Part shown: in pieces, positions 1-12,638 of the stretch
How positions within the stretch are numbered: the stretch's first letter is position 1
How the letters are laid out: every line of letters begins with the position of its first letter
Source of the DNA: Phoronis australis
Lineage: Eukaryota > Animalia > Phoronida
NCBI GenBank assembly: GCA_002633005.1
Contig: NMRA01000461.1
Location: 62,001-126,000, forward strand
Length of the DNA: 64,000 bases
Reading direction: 5' to 3'
Program-made: the position numbers and the translations under genes
The notes under the pieces: model-generated
Database searches by the model: none
What the model was told of the DNA's origin: nothing
The model's input: only the letters and a program-made list of their open reading frames with translations

Positions 1-2611
1 GGCAGGATCACATTTCTCTCAGTTCTTATCTCCNCTTCAGAACAATTTACTGTGGATTTTGTAGAGAATGAACAACAAGTACCCACAAGGGTCGCCATTC
101 TTGGGTCTTCCTTCCCTTGTACTCTCAAAACTAAAATTCTTGTTGTAATTTCAGTTAAACTCTTATTATTTTTTTCGAATATAACTTTATTCTACACATA
201 ATTCATTATGAAGAATGATGCACAGACAAATTGTAATTTTATGCTCTGTTTCTGTTAAAATACACAATTTGATGAGTTTTGGTATGTCACATGACATCGA
301 CCTTCGCTGATAATTGCCAAGGCAATTATACGAAAGTGCCTCCGAATAAAGTCGGATTGTCAAAAAAGGATGAATTATCCCACAGTTCAAATAGTAATAC
401 GGTGAACAATAAAGTTTTTTTTTGTACTAAGACACCATTTTTTAAATAGAATTTGGAACCACTTTTTCGTAATCGGACTTCTACTATCGGAAAACTTCGG
501 GATTTACTAAGCCTAACCAAGGCCTAACTGAAGTGACTGTTCGGTCAATTTTAGTGCGTCAACAAAAAATTGAGATGAAATACAAATTCACACAGATGCT
601 CAACGAAATCAATTCCCAAGCACAGCAATGGCTTCAATTCCACTAATTATGATCATTCAAACTCACAAACTGGCTTCCAGCACTGTGACTGTTGGCATTA
701 TTTTTGTCTTTTTGGACATCCTTGTCCTGTGTGTGAAAAAACCACGACGGAAGGTATTTATTATTTTTTTTATAGAATGACTCCAGATAAAAACAGACGT
801 GATTTAGTTAATCATATGTGAGTACCAATTAGTGTGCAAAGTATCAACTTAATTGATGAAAGTGCCTCCGCCAACATTTTGCAATTTTGCAGGTTTTCTC
901 AGATAATGCCTCTTAAGTCAGTTTCTTGGAACAGGCCCCTCGTCTTTATTCAAGATTGTTTACAAGTCACCACGTTATCACTTAACCACCAACAAATTAA
1001 CGAACTACTGTTTTAAAAGCCTTCTTGTGTCATCGGGATTCTGACGTCTCATTTATGTTAAATAAAAGTAACAGACCACCCTGCATCGAGGCACAGCAGT
1101 TCCCACCATCAAACACTTGTGCGAAAGGCGTGTTTTGAAACGACATACTGTTCAGTGGCTTTCAATTTACCGTCATTCCCGAACGAAGGTAAATATTTTT
1201 TGGTGCTGAAACTGATCCGAATTTTCAAAATCCTTCGCCTCTAGTGGAGACCTAAAAATGTCTGATTACGCCTATCGACAACGTGTTTTTCTTGGTGGTT
1301 GCTAGTTTCATGACACGCCATAGGTGTTCAGATGTTACTGGGAGCAAACCCCGCAGATACATCCACCAGAATGTTTAAACGACATTTCCCTATAAACAGT
1401 TATATTTTAAACCTGCATAAACTTTACTCATTCAGAACATAGTTTGAGCTTAATATGAATATTTTTTTATGAACCTAACTCCATCCGAAATGATGCAATG
1501 CCAAAATCACTTTTCCAAATCGGAAAGAAAAGTAAGGCACTACCTTTGGATTCAGAGTTGACAGACCATCATCTCAAAAACGTCAGTTCTGGTTTCGCGT
1601 ATTTCAGATTGAAAAAGAGGACTATAATCAAAATTCACTTTAGTAGCGTTGAGTTTCAGAAAATTTAAGTTGCTAGGTTCATGGTTTGAAGTTCCAGTTG
1701 AAGAGGGGGCGGTTGCAGGCCCCAAAGCGTAAGGATTTTGTTTTAAGACCATTTAGTACAAGAACTTTGCCGTTAAAATCAAGACTTCGGCTTTGTTTCG
1801 AGGACTGTTGATGTCTTCGCTTTGCTATCAAAGTTGTCCACTAAATGGCCTTCAAAAGAAAATCCTGGACAGGGTTGTGTAGCCACTAGAATAATACAAC
1901 AGAAGATGAAAAAAATATTCTTGAAACCTGTAGCTGTTTCCGAGAAAATCACAATTTTACAAAAAGCTATCGTTTTCTCCCATGAAGTGACTTTGTAGCA
2001 ATAAAGAAGGATTTTAAAAATAAAAAAGGTCTGCTACTAATTCACAAGAGTTTTTTTAAGTTTAAAAGCAGAAAACACTATGCCCTTTAATGAACGTCAT
2101 GGAAAAGAAGTGATAAGAGTGATGACTATACATGTAGCTGATGTGAATGCATGGTGCGTCGATCTTTTGAAAGGACACAGATTTCAAATTCGCGAAGACA
2201 CTGATCCTTAGTTTTCTTTGCCGTGTAACACGTACATATCTGAGGAACTTGAAATTCACGTGGTGGTGCCATGAGTGAAAGAAGGCTGCTAACCGTAAAA
2301 ATTTTGTGTGCACGTGTTAACAAGTGAACGTTTTCACTGGAACACCTCCCGCCTTACGGTCTGCTTCTTCGAAAATATCGAGTCACCCGTCGCTGTGGTA
2401 GCTCCGAGAAAACAGAGGGATTTGATGCAGAAAAACTGTTATTCAAAACTTATCAGCACACAATGTTCTGTTAGAACATTTTGGTTCACACAGCAACCGT
2501 AGGTTTACACTTAGGGAGAGGCACGCTTGTATTAATAAGAAGCAGAAACACATGTTCTGCTGCAGATAAATAACGAACTGCGGTAGTTTGGTGTTTACTT
2601 TAAATGGTGGC

Positions 2612-2698
2612 TCAAGTGCATTGCCCGGTAACAAAATGGAGCTGGTCAACTGCTATGTCACTGCGCTCCTTGTCTTCTCGACTTCCGCTTACCACCAA
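2612..2698 (-). CDS. Terminal coding exon of the EGF-Sushi-MAM gene (end of MAM domain plus stop)
   Basis: Acceptor ttttgcag, phase 0. Translates LVVSGSREDKERSDIAVDQLHFVTGQCT*, matching the MAM C-terminal (G/S)DIA(I/V)D..G.C motif. Phase matches the exon at 3419-3603. Confidence 0.88.
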   Translation of the reverse strand: MVVSGSREDKERSDIAVDQLHFVTGQCT

Positions 2699-3418
2699 CT
2701 GCAAAAGATGTCGCATATTCAAATTACCATCAAAAATTCTATTTTGATTTAAATGCTGAGACCGAGACAGTACGTTCTGTATCAATCACAGATCGGATTG
2801 TTCCACGGACCACGGGTAATTTGTTAGCGACTATTCTTAACACTTACAGTTTTGGGATTGTTTTTACAGTGACGATCCGGCATTCACAAAATTCTGTTGA
2901 ATTCGAATAGTAAGTGTCTTTGTTTAGGTTCATTAACACTTTTACCACGGTCCAGAATACCTGTTCAGCTTCGGAACATTTGGTATGGGAATAAAGAAAC
3001 TTCTTTGTTGTTCGAGACGATGATCTACCAGTCCGCTTGACACGGTGATTTACTGCGCCTGGCATTTTTTTCCAGCAAAAACCGACTAGTGAGTTCTCGG
3101 GCTACTACTCTAGCTCACAAGCAAAATCGTATCGGGCAATTGACATCGTGAGGGCAATCAATCACAGAAGTAGTAATCAATTGCCTTCAAACTCACGAAA
3201 ATTGAGGCAAATACATAACAAGTTTCAGGTAAATCTAGTATTTGATTATCCCCCGATCAGCAAGGTGCAATGTACGCTTAACCTACAAGCCACTCTTGAA
3301 CTTAGTAAGAAACATGTTGAGACCGGTTTCATTAGTTTGTTCTCATATGAAAGGCACGTTTTCTATTGCTTATAAAACCGTTAAAACCTAATGTTTCTTC
3401 ATGAAGAGCACAACTTAC

Positions 3419-3603
3419 CACTGACATATTGGAAGTCTTCACAGTTATGGACGCGCTCTGCCACGTGGGTCCATAACTCCCAGATCTCGTGAAGAACACC
3501 TGACTAGACCCATTGGATTCAACCAGGATTATCTTCAAAAATCCCAAGCCATACATGTCCTTGGAGTACAAGTGCCAATTGAAGGAGAAACAAAACGTTG
3601 CAG
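3419..3603 (-). CDS. MAM domain exon 3
   Basis: ttttgtag acceptor and gtaagt donor, phase 1 to 0. ATFCFSFNWHLYSKDMYGLGFLKIILVESNGSSQVFFTRSGSYGPTWQSASITVKTSNMSV fits the MAM C.SF.YH.Y...G.L...G..W pattern. Confidence 0.9.
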
Positions 3604-4648
3604 CTACAAAATTCAACCATAATAATTATGCAAGAATGTTGGTGCAGAAGGCTTTAAAACCTAAGATATGATTAGGTGCTATAGGCACAGGAATCAAAGG
3701 TCGGGTAGGAGTGATTGAGTCACCCTAAATTTAGCAAAATTATTCGCATGGGAAGTGAGGTGGAAAAAGTTTTCGACAGGATGGGATGGAGGCGTGCAAC
3801 GCTCCCATGTTCTTTTTTCACAAAGAACAACATTTGTATCATATTCTGAAACCACTTGCCGCGTCTACATGCTCTTGTGACCCAGAACAATATTTTGGAT
3901 TCTGTAATAACGGTCAACAAGCAATCTTAATGTCAACAAAACAGTGAATAATTGGAAGTCTTCTCAACTTTAAAGGCATTGCTAATTGATCGGGGTCAGG
4001 GGTAATCTTAACTTTTTTAGACAAATTTCGCCACGAAACAGTTGTTGAAAGGATACCAAACCCTGTTGTGGTCCGTAAAGAGATGACCAAACGACATTCT
4101 CATCCAGTTCTCAGAAACCAATTAATGATCTACAACTCCAAACGACTCTTAAAATTTTGACGAAATTTGATAAAACCTTTCAAAGTCCGCTGAAGAGTAA
4201 AGGTTACACGGCAGTTTTGAGAAAAGACCACCAACAACAAACCATATCATCGACCTAATCTGTGACTTAACGAGTATGAGGTTTTAGTCGAATCACGCTT
4301 TTATCACACAATTGGGTCGACACAAATGCATTAGGAGGTGACGCAACGAACATTTGTTGAAATAAGTATAACGTGTTTAGTATATGCTCTAGGGATCGTC
4401 CTGTTCATGTATTTTATGTCTCAAACATAATTATTTTTTCCAACCAAACGCTAGCAGTAATCTAAACAGGCTGCACATCCTGTGACGGCTGCACAGTATT
4501 AATCGCAACGACCCATAAATCACCAATTTTCAGTCAGAACACTTTCACTCGAGATTACTCATTATGCGATGTTTCGGGTGTAATGTTCGAGGAGTTCGGT
4601 TTCCCATGACAGTCAACCGTGGGGTACATGTGCAGTCTACAACGATAC

Positions 4649-4778
4649 CTGAGAGTGACGGAGTCTTTAGTTTCGCAACCTGGCCTTTTATATATGGGTC
4701 AGAAACCTTGGTGTAAATGTAGCTTGATGATCCACCAGCGCCCCCTTGCGGACCCGTACCTTGTGAGGGTGTGGGTCC
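4649..4778 (-). CDS. MAM domain exon 2
   Basis: ctctag acceptor and gtatcg donor, phase 0 to 1. GPTPSQGTGPQGGAGGSSSYIYTKVSDPYIKGQVAKLKTPSLS carries the MAM G.TPS..TGP...Y.Y and A.L.(S/T)P motifs. Confidence 0.88.
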
Positions 4779-5007
4779 CTAGAGGTAGAGGTAATACGAG
4801 CCGCTAAATATAAATCTCCATGTTCATGAGTATGGTCACACTTTATTACAAGATTGGTGGAATTTCGGGGCACAGCATCTTCAATTCATAAAACAAACTA
4901 AGCCTTCATCGTGGTATAGAAATATGCTGCGAACGGTGGGGGCGTGTTACAACTATTATTAAACTCTCTTGGCCTAATTTCCACGATCTCTTGTCTATTT
5001 ACACTGT

Positions 5008-5050
5008 CACGACGTTTCCGTCGGTCCATTCTCCGGCCACTCGTCAGGTG
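5008..5050 (-). ncRNA. Putative minimal (Penelope-type) hammerhead ribozyme, left arm
   Basis: Minus strand reads cac-CTGACGA-gtggccggagaatggaccgacg-GAAAC-GTC-gtg. CAC/GTG forms a short stem I, and stem III is the palindrome ACGT. Stem II is imperfect. Confidence 0.5.
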
Positions 5051-5097
5051 TTCCTGCGTTCTTAGAAGTACACTCATTATGGTGTGATTTTTGTTCA

Positions 5098-5170
5098 GGG
5101 CAGGATTTGAACCCCTAGACTTCTGAAATTACAAACCATTAGAGTCCAGCACCTTAACCACTAAACCACC
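5098..5170 (-). other. tRNA-derived (SINE-head-like) Pol III promoter
   Basis: A-box TGGTTTAGTGG (5168-5158) and B-box GGTTCAAATCC (5113-5103). Acceptor stem is degenerate, so this is not called a functional tRNA. Confidence 0.65.
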
Positions 5171-5260
5171 TAGTTATCCATTTACTTAGAGCGAATATTA
5201 TTGCACTTAAACCTTAAAAAGTAGACTGAGCCCGGTGTCACCGAGCCAAGAACGCACGAA

Positions 5261-5302
5261 CACCTGACGATGGCCGGAGAATAGACCTACCGAAACGTCG
5301 TG
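5261..5302 (+). ncRNA. Putative minimal (Penelope-type) hammerhead ribozyme, right arm
   Basis: cac-CTGACGA(5264-5270)-tggccggagaatagacctacc-GAAAC-GTC(5297-5299)-gtg. Confidence 0.5.
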
Positions 5303-5548
5303 ACAATGTAAAGCGACAAGAGGTCGATGTAAATAGAGAAAGAGATTTTAATAATTGTTGAAAATGGAGCCAAAAAATCCATCTTCCCTTAGCAATAAAC
5401 ACGAGCCTTGACAAGTAAGAAATTGTTCAAATAATAATTCGGCTAGGAAATGCTTAGGGCTCTATATGAAGGCAGCTTGCAAAACTGCATATCTTGTGTC
5501 AATTAGGGACACTTTTGCAGTATAGAACAAAACTGTGTGGGAACTCAC

Positions 5549-5637
5549 CGTGTTCAACGTCCAGTCGAAATCGTCGGTAGTGTCCTGAAGCCAGTTGCAA
5601 AAATTATCGCTATCAAAGTTGCAGGACAAATCAATTC
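5549..5637 (-). CDS. MAM domain exon 1
   Basis: cttacag acceptor and gtgagt donor, phase 1 to 0. IDLSCNFDSDNFCNWLQDTTDDFDWTLNT is the classic MAM N-terminus C.F....C.W.Q...DDFDW. Confidence 0.93.
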
Positions 5638-6922
5638 CTGTAAGATAGAAAAACTCAGCGGCGTCGAGAAATAATAATTAGTCTCTAGGTAAAATATCTG
5701 GCCATGTCACCAAACTTTTAGACCAATTAGTCTTTCAAAATTGACCTCAGCTTGTTTCTGGTATCAGAGGTGATTTGTTATCTAATTGCTGACTGTTGGT
5801 CATTCCTGGGACAATAATCGTTTCATAAAATAACACAACTTAGCAAGTCAAGTTTTAGGGTGTGATTTCCAGCAAACAGTCATTCGAAGCCCTGAGAAAT
5901 GAATACGGACGAAATTCATTACGGATAGTGGTCTCAGTCAATAGGGTTGTTTTGATGACGGAAAGTGAATTACAGGCAGCCTTTTCAATACCAAGAAAAA
6001 CAAAACACCAAATAATCATTCAGTACCTAGAGAGATTAGTCTACGTGTACATTTATATCACAACCCAAACTTTACATTAGGGACAAAGAAGCGCAAACGC
6101 TTTTGCAACAAAAGCGAACCCAGATTCTGAAAACCAGTCTCTTAGAAACGATATCGTTTTTTGTGTTTCACGCGATAATTACTCTGGGCTATTTTAAAAT
6201 AAAAAAACGATTAAACGGTTATTAAATCCGGTTTTGACCTACACTAAAAACGACACTCAGATCTAGTATTATGAAGCAAAATAATGGTCTGTAAATCTCA
6301 ACAACCCTCAAATATCGCTAGCAAACTGTGAAAATGACTTACAGAGACTGCATAACGGGCGGGCGAGAGTTACATCTTAGGCGAGTTACACGACAATTGC
6401 AGGGAAAGACCAGCCACCATGAGCCACAATATCCCATTCGTGGCACAGAGAGTGTGATTTTTAAATTTAATCCAGCATTCATGGCTCAAGTAGGCAGCCA
6501 GATATGCATTAGAAGGTAACCGAACAAAGATTTGTTGAAGGCACCATAACAGGGTTCAGTATCCCTTTACAAGAGGAACGCGGGGCGTTAAAATGCGCCG
6601 CAGAATGCTCCTCATATGGTATGCTTCTAGGGTTGTTTATTTGTATCATAAAAAGTACATGACCACTAGATAGCACAAAATACGGCGAATCCATCCGAAA
6701 ACTGGTATATGTCATCAAAGCAGTTTACTTAATTAAATTTCATACAAATCCGTACAGGAACTTCTGAGGAACCTAGCAAAACGGGAAAAATTGAAATTGA
6801 CACTAGTAGGGTAAGGGCGGAAAAAAATAACTGCCACAAGGAAGCGCCACAGCAGTTGAAGTAGTCGAAAATCATTGTCAACCGTCTTCTTTACACTAAG
6901 GACATAATGCCAATTTTCACAG

Positions 6923-7071
6923 TCATCTGTTGCCAAAACACATTAAAACAGAATATAATGGCAACTGCTTATGTCCCATGCCACAAGAGTATTGGGCTGT
7001 TCCTTCATAAAATTCCGAGCTAGTTTCAACTGTGGTATGGAGGTTGTTGTCTGGTTTTCCGCATTTTTTCC
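6923..7071 (-). pseudogene. Truncated Sushi/CCP exon (pseudo-exon or alternative terminal exon)
   Basis: Intact acceptor and KKCGKPDNNLHTTVETSSEFYEGTAQYSCGMGHKQ, homologous to exon 8967-9143. Homology stops near 6963 and the frame runs on as LPLYSVLMCFGNR* with no cognate donor. Confidence 0.75.
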
Positions 7072-8966
7072 CTATAATAATCCAATGTTAGTATGGAATT
7101 TAATGAGTTAAATCAAACAGAACTGTCAAATTTAAGTTGTGCGACTTAAAATGTATTAACTCCGTTAACAAGTATTTTCACTTGGTTTAGTGACGGGCAG
7201 AAGTGCTCAACCGGAAGCACTCGAAATCCTGTGAAAGCAATCAAAAGCGTGACCACCATTGAGTAAAACGTCTATCACATTTGGGATAGTAGCTGGAACA
7301 TGAGAAAACGTCGAGTAGAATATTTGAAAATACCATCAACATATAATTTACAATATGATACTTCATTACAAATTCAGAATACCTTCACTGAAGTTGAAAA
7401 CAGAACGAAAAATAGTAAACAGATACCTTTCAAATTTTCTTCCCAAATTTGCAGACCACAATGATTTTTTAAAACTCCTGGATTCGAAAAACTTAAAATT
7501 CTTTCATTTACCGCAGACTAGAACTTTGGATTTCAAAAATGATTTGTGATTTAGTTTAGTTTATAGAGCTAAGGACATTATTAGCAACTTAGAATAACTG
7601 ACGACTCCCAGTGTGTCTTGCATAGACTGCATTAAATTTTGACAGTTATTCCTGGACTACCTTTCTTGCTTCTTCTGATTAGAACAACCGTCTCTGAGTA
7701 ATTCAAAGATTTTTCCAATTTCGTTGGTCACATGACCGGACTGGGTGCGCAACTGAACAAAGTATGACGCTGATCACGAGCAAGGAATCAAGTGATTAAT
7801 CCACTAATATCGATGCAAATCGTTATACGGTGCATATAGGCTCTAAAGCACACCTTTGGAAGCATTCAGCAAATCAGAAAGCCACGCTTAAGGAGTAAGT
7901 TTCAATTGAATAACAGTAGCAAATGTTTTGTTAATGGTGAAGCGGGAACAAAGGGGTTTTTTAATATATGTTTTTGCATGTATTTGAATGCATAAATGTA
8001 GATGTCCTTGATCTGAGAGCGTATGTGCACGTTGACCGTTTGCTATTTGCAAAAAGATATACGTTAGCGGTCCAAAAAATAGAAGTGTCATTCTCGGAAA
8101 AGATGTTAATACATGTTCCAAGGTCTGAAATTGGAATACCTAACATATGCTACCAGAATTATGAAACTCAGAATATGTAGAAATGAAAACCGCTGATAAT
8201 GTCAAGGGACGACACTGTGTTGCAATGGTCGAGAGTGTGGTGTATAATTCAGTGGTGACATTCAATCCAACTTTTCCATATCTTTCGTGTCAATTTCACA
8301 CTTCTTTAATGCCAAAGAAATATGGTTGACCGAAATTTTGAGGAAGAGTTGTACATGTATGTATAATGTGCCCTGCTACTTATGACTGTGGCAAGGAAGG
8401 GTTATATATACATTTTCTAGGGCAATATAGGTCGTATTTTGTACAAGTGAAATGAATTCAATGAACCCTGGACATTTTATAAGTTTCAGAAAACTACGAC
8501 TGAACCAATTATGCATGTATTTGTTCAAGTGACTTTTAAACAAAACCTTTAAGCCATTTTCAGTTAAAAACTCACCTGATGAAAGCTTGTTTTCCATAAA
8601 ACTATGGAGTCTACATGTACGTTTAAAACGCACGCATTCCCTCACCTAAGACTGAAAATCAGTTCGGTCGCCAGGAAAATTGAAGAGATTTCCGTGTAAT
8701 TGTTGCTGCACATTCTCACCTGTGGGGTCCTGCGTTTGGGATATGGCCGATTAAGCATCCAAAGTTTATTGGCAATGTTGAATTCAAGTTCCCAGACATG
8801 ATATGGGTAGCTTAGCCTACCTGCTTCGTCGGAACTAACCGTAAAAGTCTTGCAAAAGGCCTGCCGTCAACAATCATATGTTGTGTGATCAATGTTCGCG
8901 TACAAGTAAATCCATCAATTGCGAAAGTACAATAAAGAATTGGTCTTGAATTATTTATTGACTTAC

Positions 8967-9143
8967 TGACACATTCAAGTGGTATTCCCGTCCAATTACC
9001 ATCAGCGTCACAATAACGTGTTAGGTTACCAGCTGACTGCTCATGTCCAATGTCACATGAGTATTGGGCTGTTCCTTCATAAAGTTCCGAGCTAGTTTCA
9101 ACCGTAGTATTGAGGTTGTTGTCTGGCTTTCCGCAATTTTTTC
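8967..9143 (-). CDS. Sushi/CCP exon 6
   Basis: 177 nt, phase 1-1, AG and gtaagt sites. KNCGKPDNNLNTTVETSSELYEGTAQYSCDIGHEQSAGNLTRYCDADGNWTGIPLECV has four Cys plus the conserved Trp. Confidence 0.92.
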
Positions 9144-9979
9144 CTATAACATTTCAACGCTAGTTATGATTTTAATGGGATTAACCAGGCAGAACTGCAA
9201 AAATTAAGACGTGCGACTTATGAAATGTGTTCTGTTAAATGACGAGAGCATCAAAATGTACCCTCTTTGAGTACAGTCATTTCACTTGGTTTGGTGACCG
9301 GCGGAACTACTCAACCGGAATTACTCGGAATCCAGTGAAAGTAATCGAAAGCGTGACCACCATTGAGGGAAAATAGCTTGAACATTAGAAAACACCACGT
9401 AACATGTTTGAAAATACCTAGGTAGTATTTGGTAAACGTGAAAGGAATTTAGTGAGCCTAGACATTGTCTACGTTTTCAGAGTTATGTGACTGAGTAAAT
9501 TGTATGTCTACAATTAACCTTTAAAACAAAACTTTTGAATACTTATCAGGTAAAAATCACCTAATAATTATATGATGTACACAATTTTATGGAGCCTACG
9601 TTTACAACGTTTTGCAACTATTCACGTCGATGCATAGGTTAACAGAAGCGTAAACAAAAAGCACTCCACCAGCCATGCAGGCCCTACTTAAACTCTTAGC
9701 ACCATAGTCAGAAACGCTTGAAATCGGTTAAAAACAATTTTGGTACGGTATTTTCAATATTATTTTACAAAAGGTGCTTGTTAAATTACATGCTGTACTA
9801 TAAAACTGTTATATACTGTCCAAAACCTTTAAAACTGCACAAATCCATTGTGGGAATGCTTCAGGATTGAAATTGGGTTCAGTCACTAACAACATCGCAT
9901 GTGTTTTCGTTAAATGGTTGATGCTCTTTCTTGCGTGTGGAATATTGATTTTTAATATGGCCGACTAATTTTCCAAAGA

Positions 9980-10038
9980 TTTTTTTTATACATTCATTAG
10001 CAATGAGACGTTTACAGTAACACAAAAAGACAAGAAAA

Positions 10039-10081
<43 letters not shown>

Positions 10082-12330
10082 TACGCCACACGTAATCTTC
10101 TTGACTACCGTTTCAAAGTTACACCATCTTTTTTGTACACATTCTGAATTCAAATCCTTGCGAGCAGTATACTATTCACTCGTATGATATTTTTGACGAA
10201 GTTAAAATCTACTTAGAAGTAATCTTTTAGATAGGAAGTTTTGGGTATAAATAAACTGTTTACCCAATAATAAAACAATGTTTTTAAAATTTTCCTTTTG
10301 ATCAAAAAGCCAAAAATAACGTTGCTGCAGGAGAGAGTACCGACACAGTGGGGATTTGCTTTGTTTAAAATTTCGTTATTAACTTTTGTCCAAAATGAAT
10401 TTACTGTTTCACATTCCCANCACACACACGCATACGCCACACGTAATCTTCTTGACTACCGTTTCAAAGTTACACCATCTTTTTTGTACACATTCTGAAT
10501 TCAAATCCTTGCGAGCAATATACTATTCACTCGTATGATATTTTTGATGAAGTTAAAATCTACTTAGAAGTAATCTTTTTGATCGGAAGTTTTGGGTATA
10601 AATAAACTGTTTACCCAATAATAAAACAATGTTTTTAAAATTTTCCTTTTGATCAAAAAGCCAAAAATAACGTTGCTGCAGGAGAGAGTACCGACACAGT
10701 GGGGATTTGCTTTGTTTAAAATTTCGTTATTAACTTTTGTCCAAAATGAATTTACTGTTTCACATTCCCAAAATAAGTGTTTCAAAGTCTCTTTCGATTG
10801 TCTACAAAAGGAACAAGACTCGACATCCGTAATTTGAATTATTTTTAAAAACGAATTAGTAGTCAAAATTCCCTTCAAGAGTCTGAACTGAAGCCACCTA
10901 ATTCTTTGGTCTATTGTTGTGTTATATAGAAGGGAATAAACATCTTCCCGTGAAATATTATCAGTATTTATGTTCAGTTATTTGCCCCATTTGGACTCCA
11001 CTTTTGAGACTTCGGAATTATAATTGATTTGTGTAAAGATATGTTGACACCCTCTCCCACCACTTTTCAGTTTCATCGTTGGCAAAACAGGACAATACGC
11101 ATCAAAACAAACAACTCAATCGATAGCACATTACGTTGGCACTGAAATATCGCTGAAATTAGACTATTGTACTCCATAAAGTTCGTTTTGATGCCTAAAA
11201 CATTCACAACATATCTATAGTTCAAGATATTACCACATTCAAAAAAATCTTTCCAGAAACGATTTTCAATATAAGCAATATTTATCTTAAGAATGTCGCT
11301 TCCATACGTGGCGAAATTTATGAACTCAAGAAAATTCAAATGAAACAAACAGGCAGTTTTAGACTGACCATTTACAAATTTTGTTAACATATTAATTTTT
11401 AAAGCCTCATAGAATGGAAAAATGATAATCATTCTGATACCTCCTTCATTATAATTACAAACATCTCGGGAGCGCTTAATTTTGTCACTGCGACATTGCC
11501 ATAGGAGTTCAAAAATTATTTTAAGTACAGTTTTTCTACAAGGTGTTTCGAAGGCTGCGAAAGGATATCAGAAGAAGCGCCTTGATTACTGTAATCCTCC
11601 TGAAAGGCGTCAACATTCTCTTGGACCAATTTTTCAAAATTAATTCAATATCTTTCAATTTTTCCAAGTAATTCTGGTCTGCCATACCAAGTAAGCTGAT
11701 TTGGAAATTAATGCCCAAGAGCATGGAATTTGTTTTGGTCCATGATAACTGTTCTCTGACAGAAATATTTTCAGCACTGTTCGCAATACTGCCAAACCAA
11801 ATGGCTTTTGTTTTATCAGCATTGACCCTGAGGCTGGAGAAATGAGCACAAATATTTAAAACATTTAAAGTAGTCCGTCAAGACATATCTGATTCACCTA
11901 GAAAAATAGAAGTATGATCAGCTTATTGATCCATAATTTTGATTCCATTTGAGTTTTTTGTCTGATCACGAGAGCCAAATTTTCCGCGTGAATAATAAAT
12001 AGATAAAGAGATAATGGGTCACCATGTCTGACTGCTCTCTGAATATTAAACCGGTTGGCCATTAACAATAAAACATAATTTGATATTTCTGTAGAAAACT
12101 TTGACCCATCTCTTAATTGGCCAACCAAAATTAAGAAAAGATAAAGGTTTTTCAATAAAACTCCAAGACAAAGAGTGAAAGGATTTTTCAAAACCTATAA
12201 GAAGTAGTAGCCCAGGTATTTGAATCTTCTGGGAAAAAAAGAACAGATCGTACAGCACACGAATGTTATCAGTCAAGTTCCTTCCCGGGATGTAGCCACT
12301 CTTACCTCATGAATAATATAAATTCCGTGA
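9980..12330 (-). mobile_element. 5'-truncated, decayed L1/Tx1-clade LINE (RT plus C-terminal CCHC zinc finger), copy A
   Basis: Frameshifted fragments TDNIR, LLIGFEKSFHSLSW, VRHGDPLSLYLF, KRMLTPFRRITVIK and CSFCRQSKETLKHLFWEC. The 3' UTR has (GT)n and a short A tail near 9980. Confidence 0.88.
10040..10078. repeat. (CA)n microsatellite in the LINE 3' UTR
   Basis: Perfect CA run. Confidence 0.97.
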
Positions 12331-12461
12331 TCTGAAACGAGAGTTGTAGCAAACTAGTCTTGTTGGAACTGCTTGCCTTGTCAAGCACTTGTTATGTGAT
12401 CAATGCTCATCTCGCAAAAGGGATACGACAGTAAAAATTACGTCTCAAATTATTGACTCAC

Positions 12462-12638
12462 TAGCACATTCAAGTGGTACTCCAGTCCAGTTACCATCAG
12501 CGTCACAATAACGTGTTATGTTACCACCTGATTGCTGATATCCAGTGTAGCAAAAGTACTGAGCTGTTCCTTCATAAAGATCCGAGCTAGCTTCAACAGT
12601 GGTGTTGGGGTTGTTGTGTGGCATTCCGCATTTTTTCC
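12462..12638 (-). CDS. Sushi/CCP exon 5
   Basis: 177 nt, phase 1-1, gtgagt donor. KKCGMPHNNPNTTVEASSDLYEGTAQYFCYTGYQQSGGNITRYCDADGNWTGVPLECA. Confidence 0.92.

Larger units (their letters stand above)
4950..5360. mobile_element. Small non-autonomous element: ~113-bp inverted arms with hammerhead-like cores around a tRNA-like head
   Basis: 4950-5063 is the reverse complement of 5248-5360 with some mismatches. Each arm has CTGACGA...GAAACGTC. The middle has A-box and B-box motifs on the minus strand. Confidence 0.7.

Noticed and set aside
667-726. Possible 60-nt minus-strand exon with good AG and GT sites
   Set aside because: It lies downstream of the MAM stop, has no recognisable domain and no partner exon was found.
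5098-5170. Functional tRNA gene (also ~23003-23065 and ~29358-29420)
   Set aside because: A/B boxes are present, but acceptor and anticodon stems do not pair convincingly and each sits inside a repeat element.
10040-10078. Microsatellite-targeted insertion of the Tx1-like LINE
   Set aside because: The repeat lies inside the 3' UTR upstream of the A tail and there is no CA repeat at the 5' junction.
10069-10770. 351-bp tandem duplication in the LINE 3' region
   Set aside because: The junction is a single n at 10420 next to a CA repeat and the copies differ by only a few SNPs. Most likely two haplotype contigs joined with overlap.
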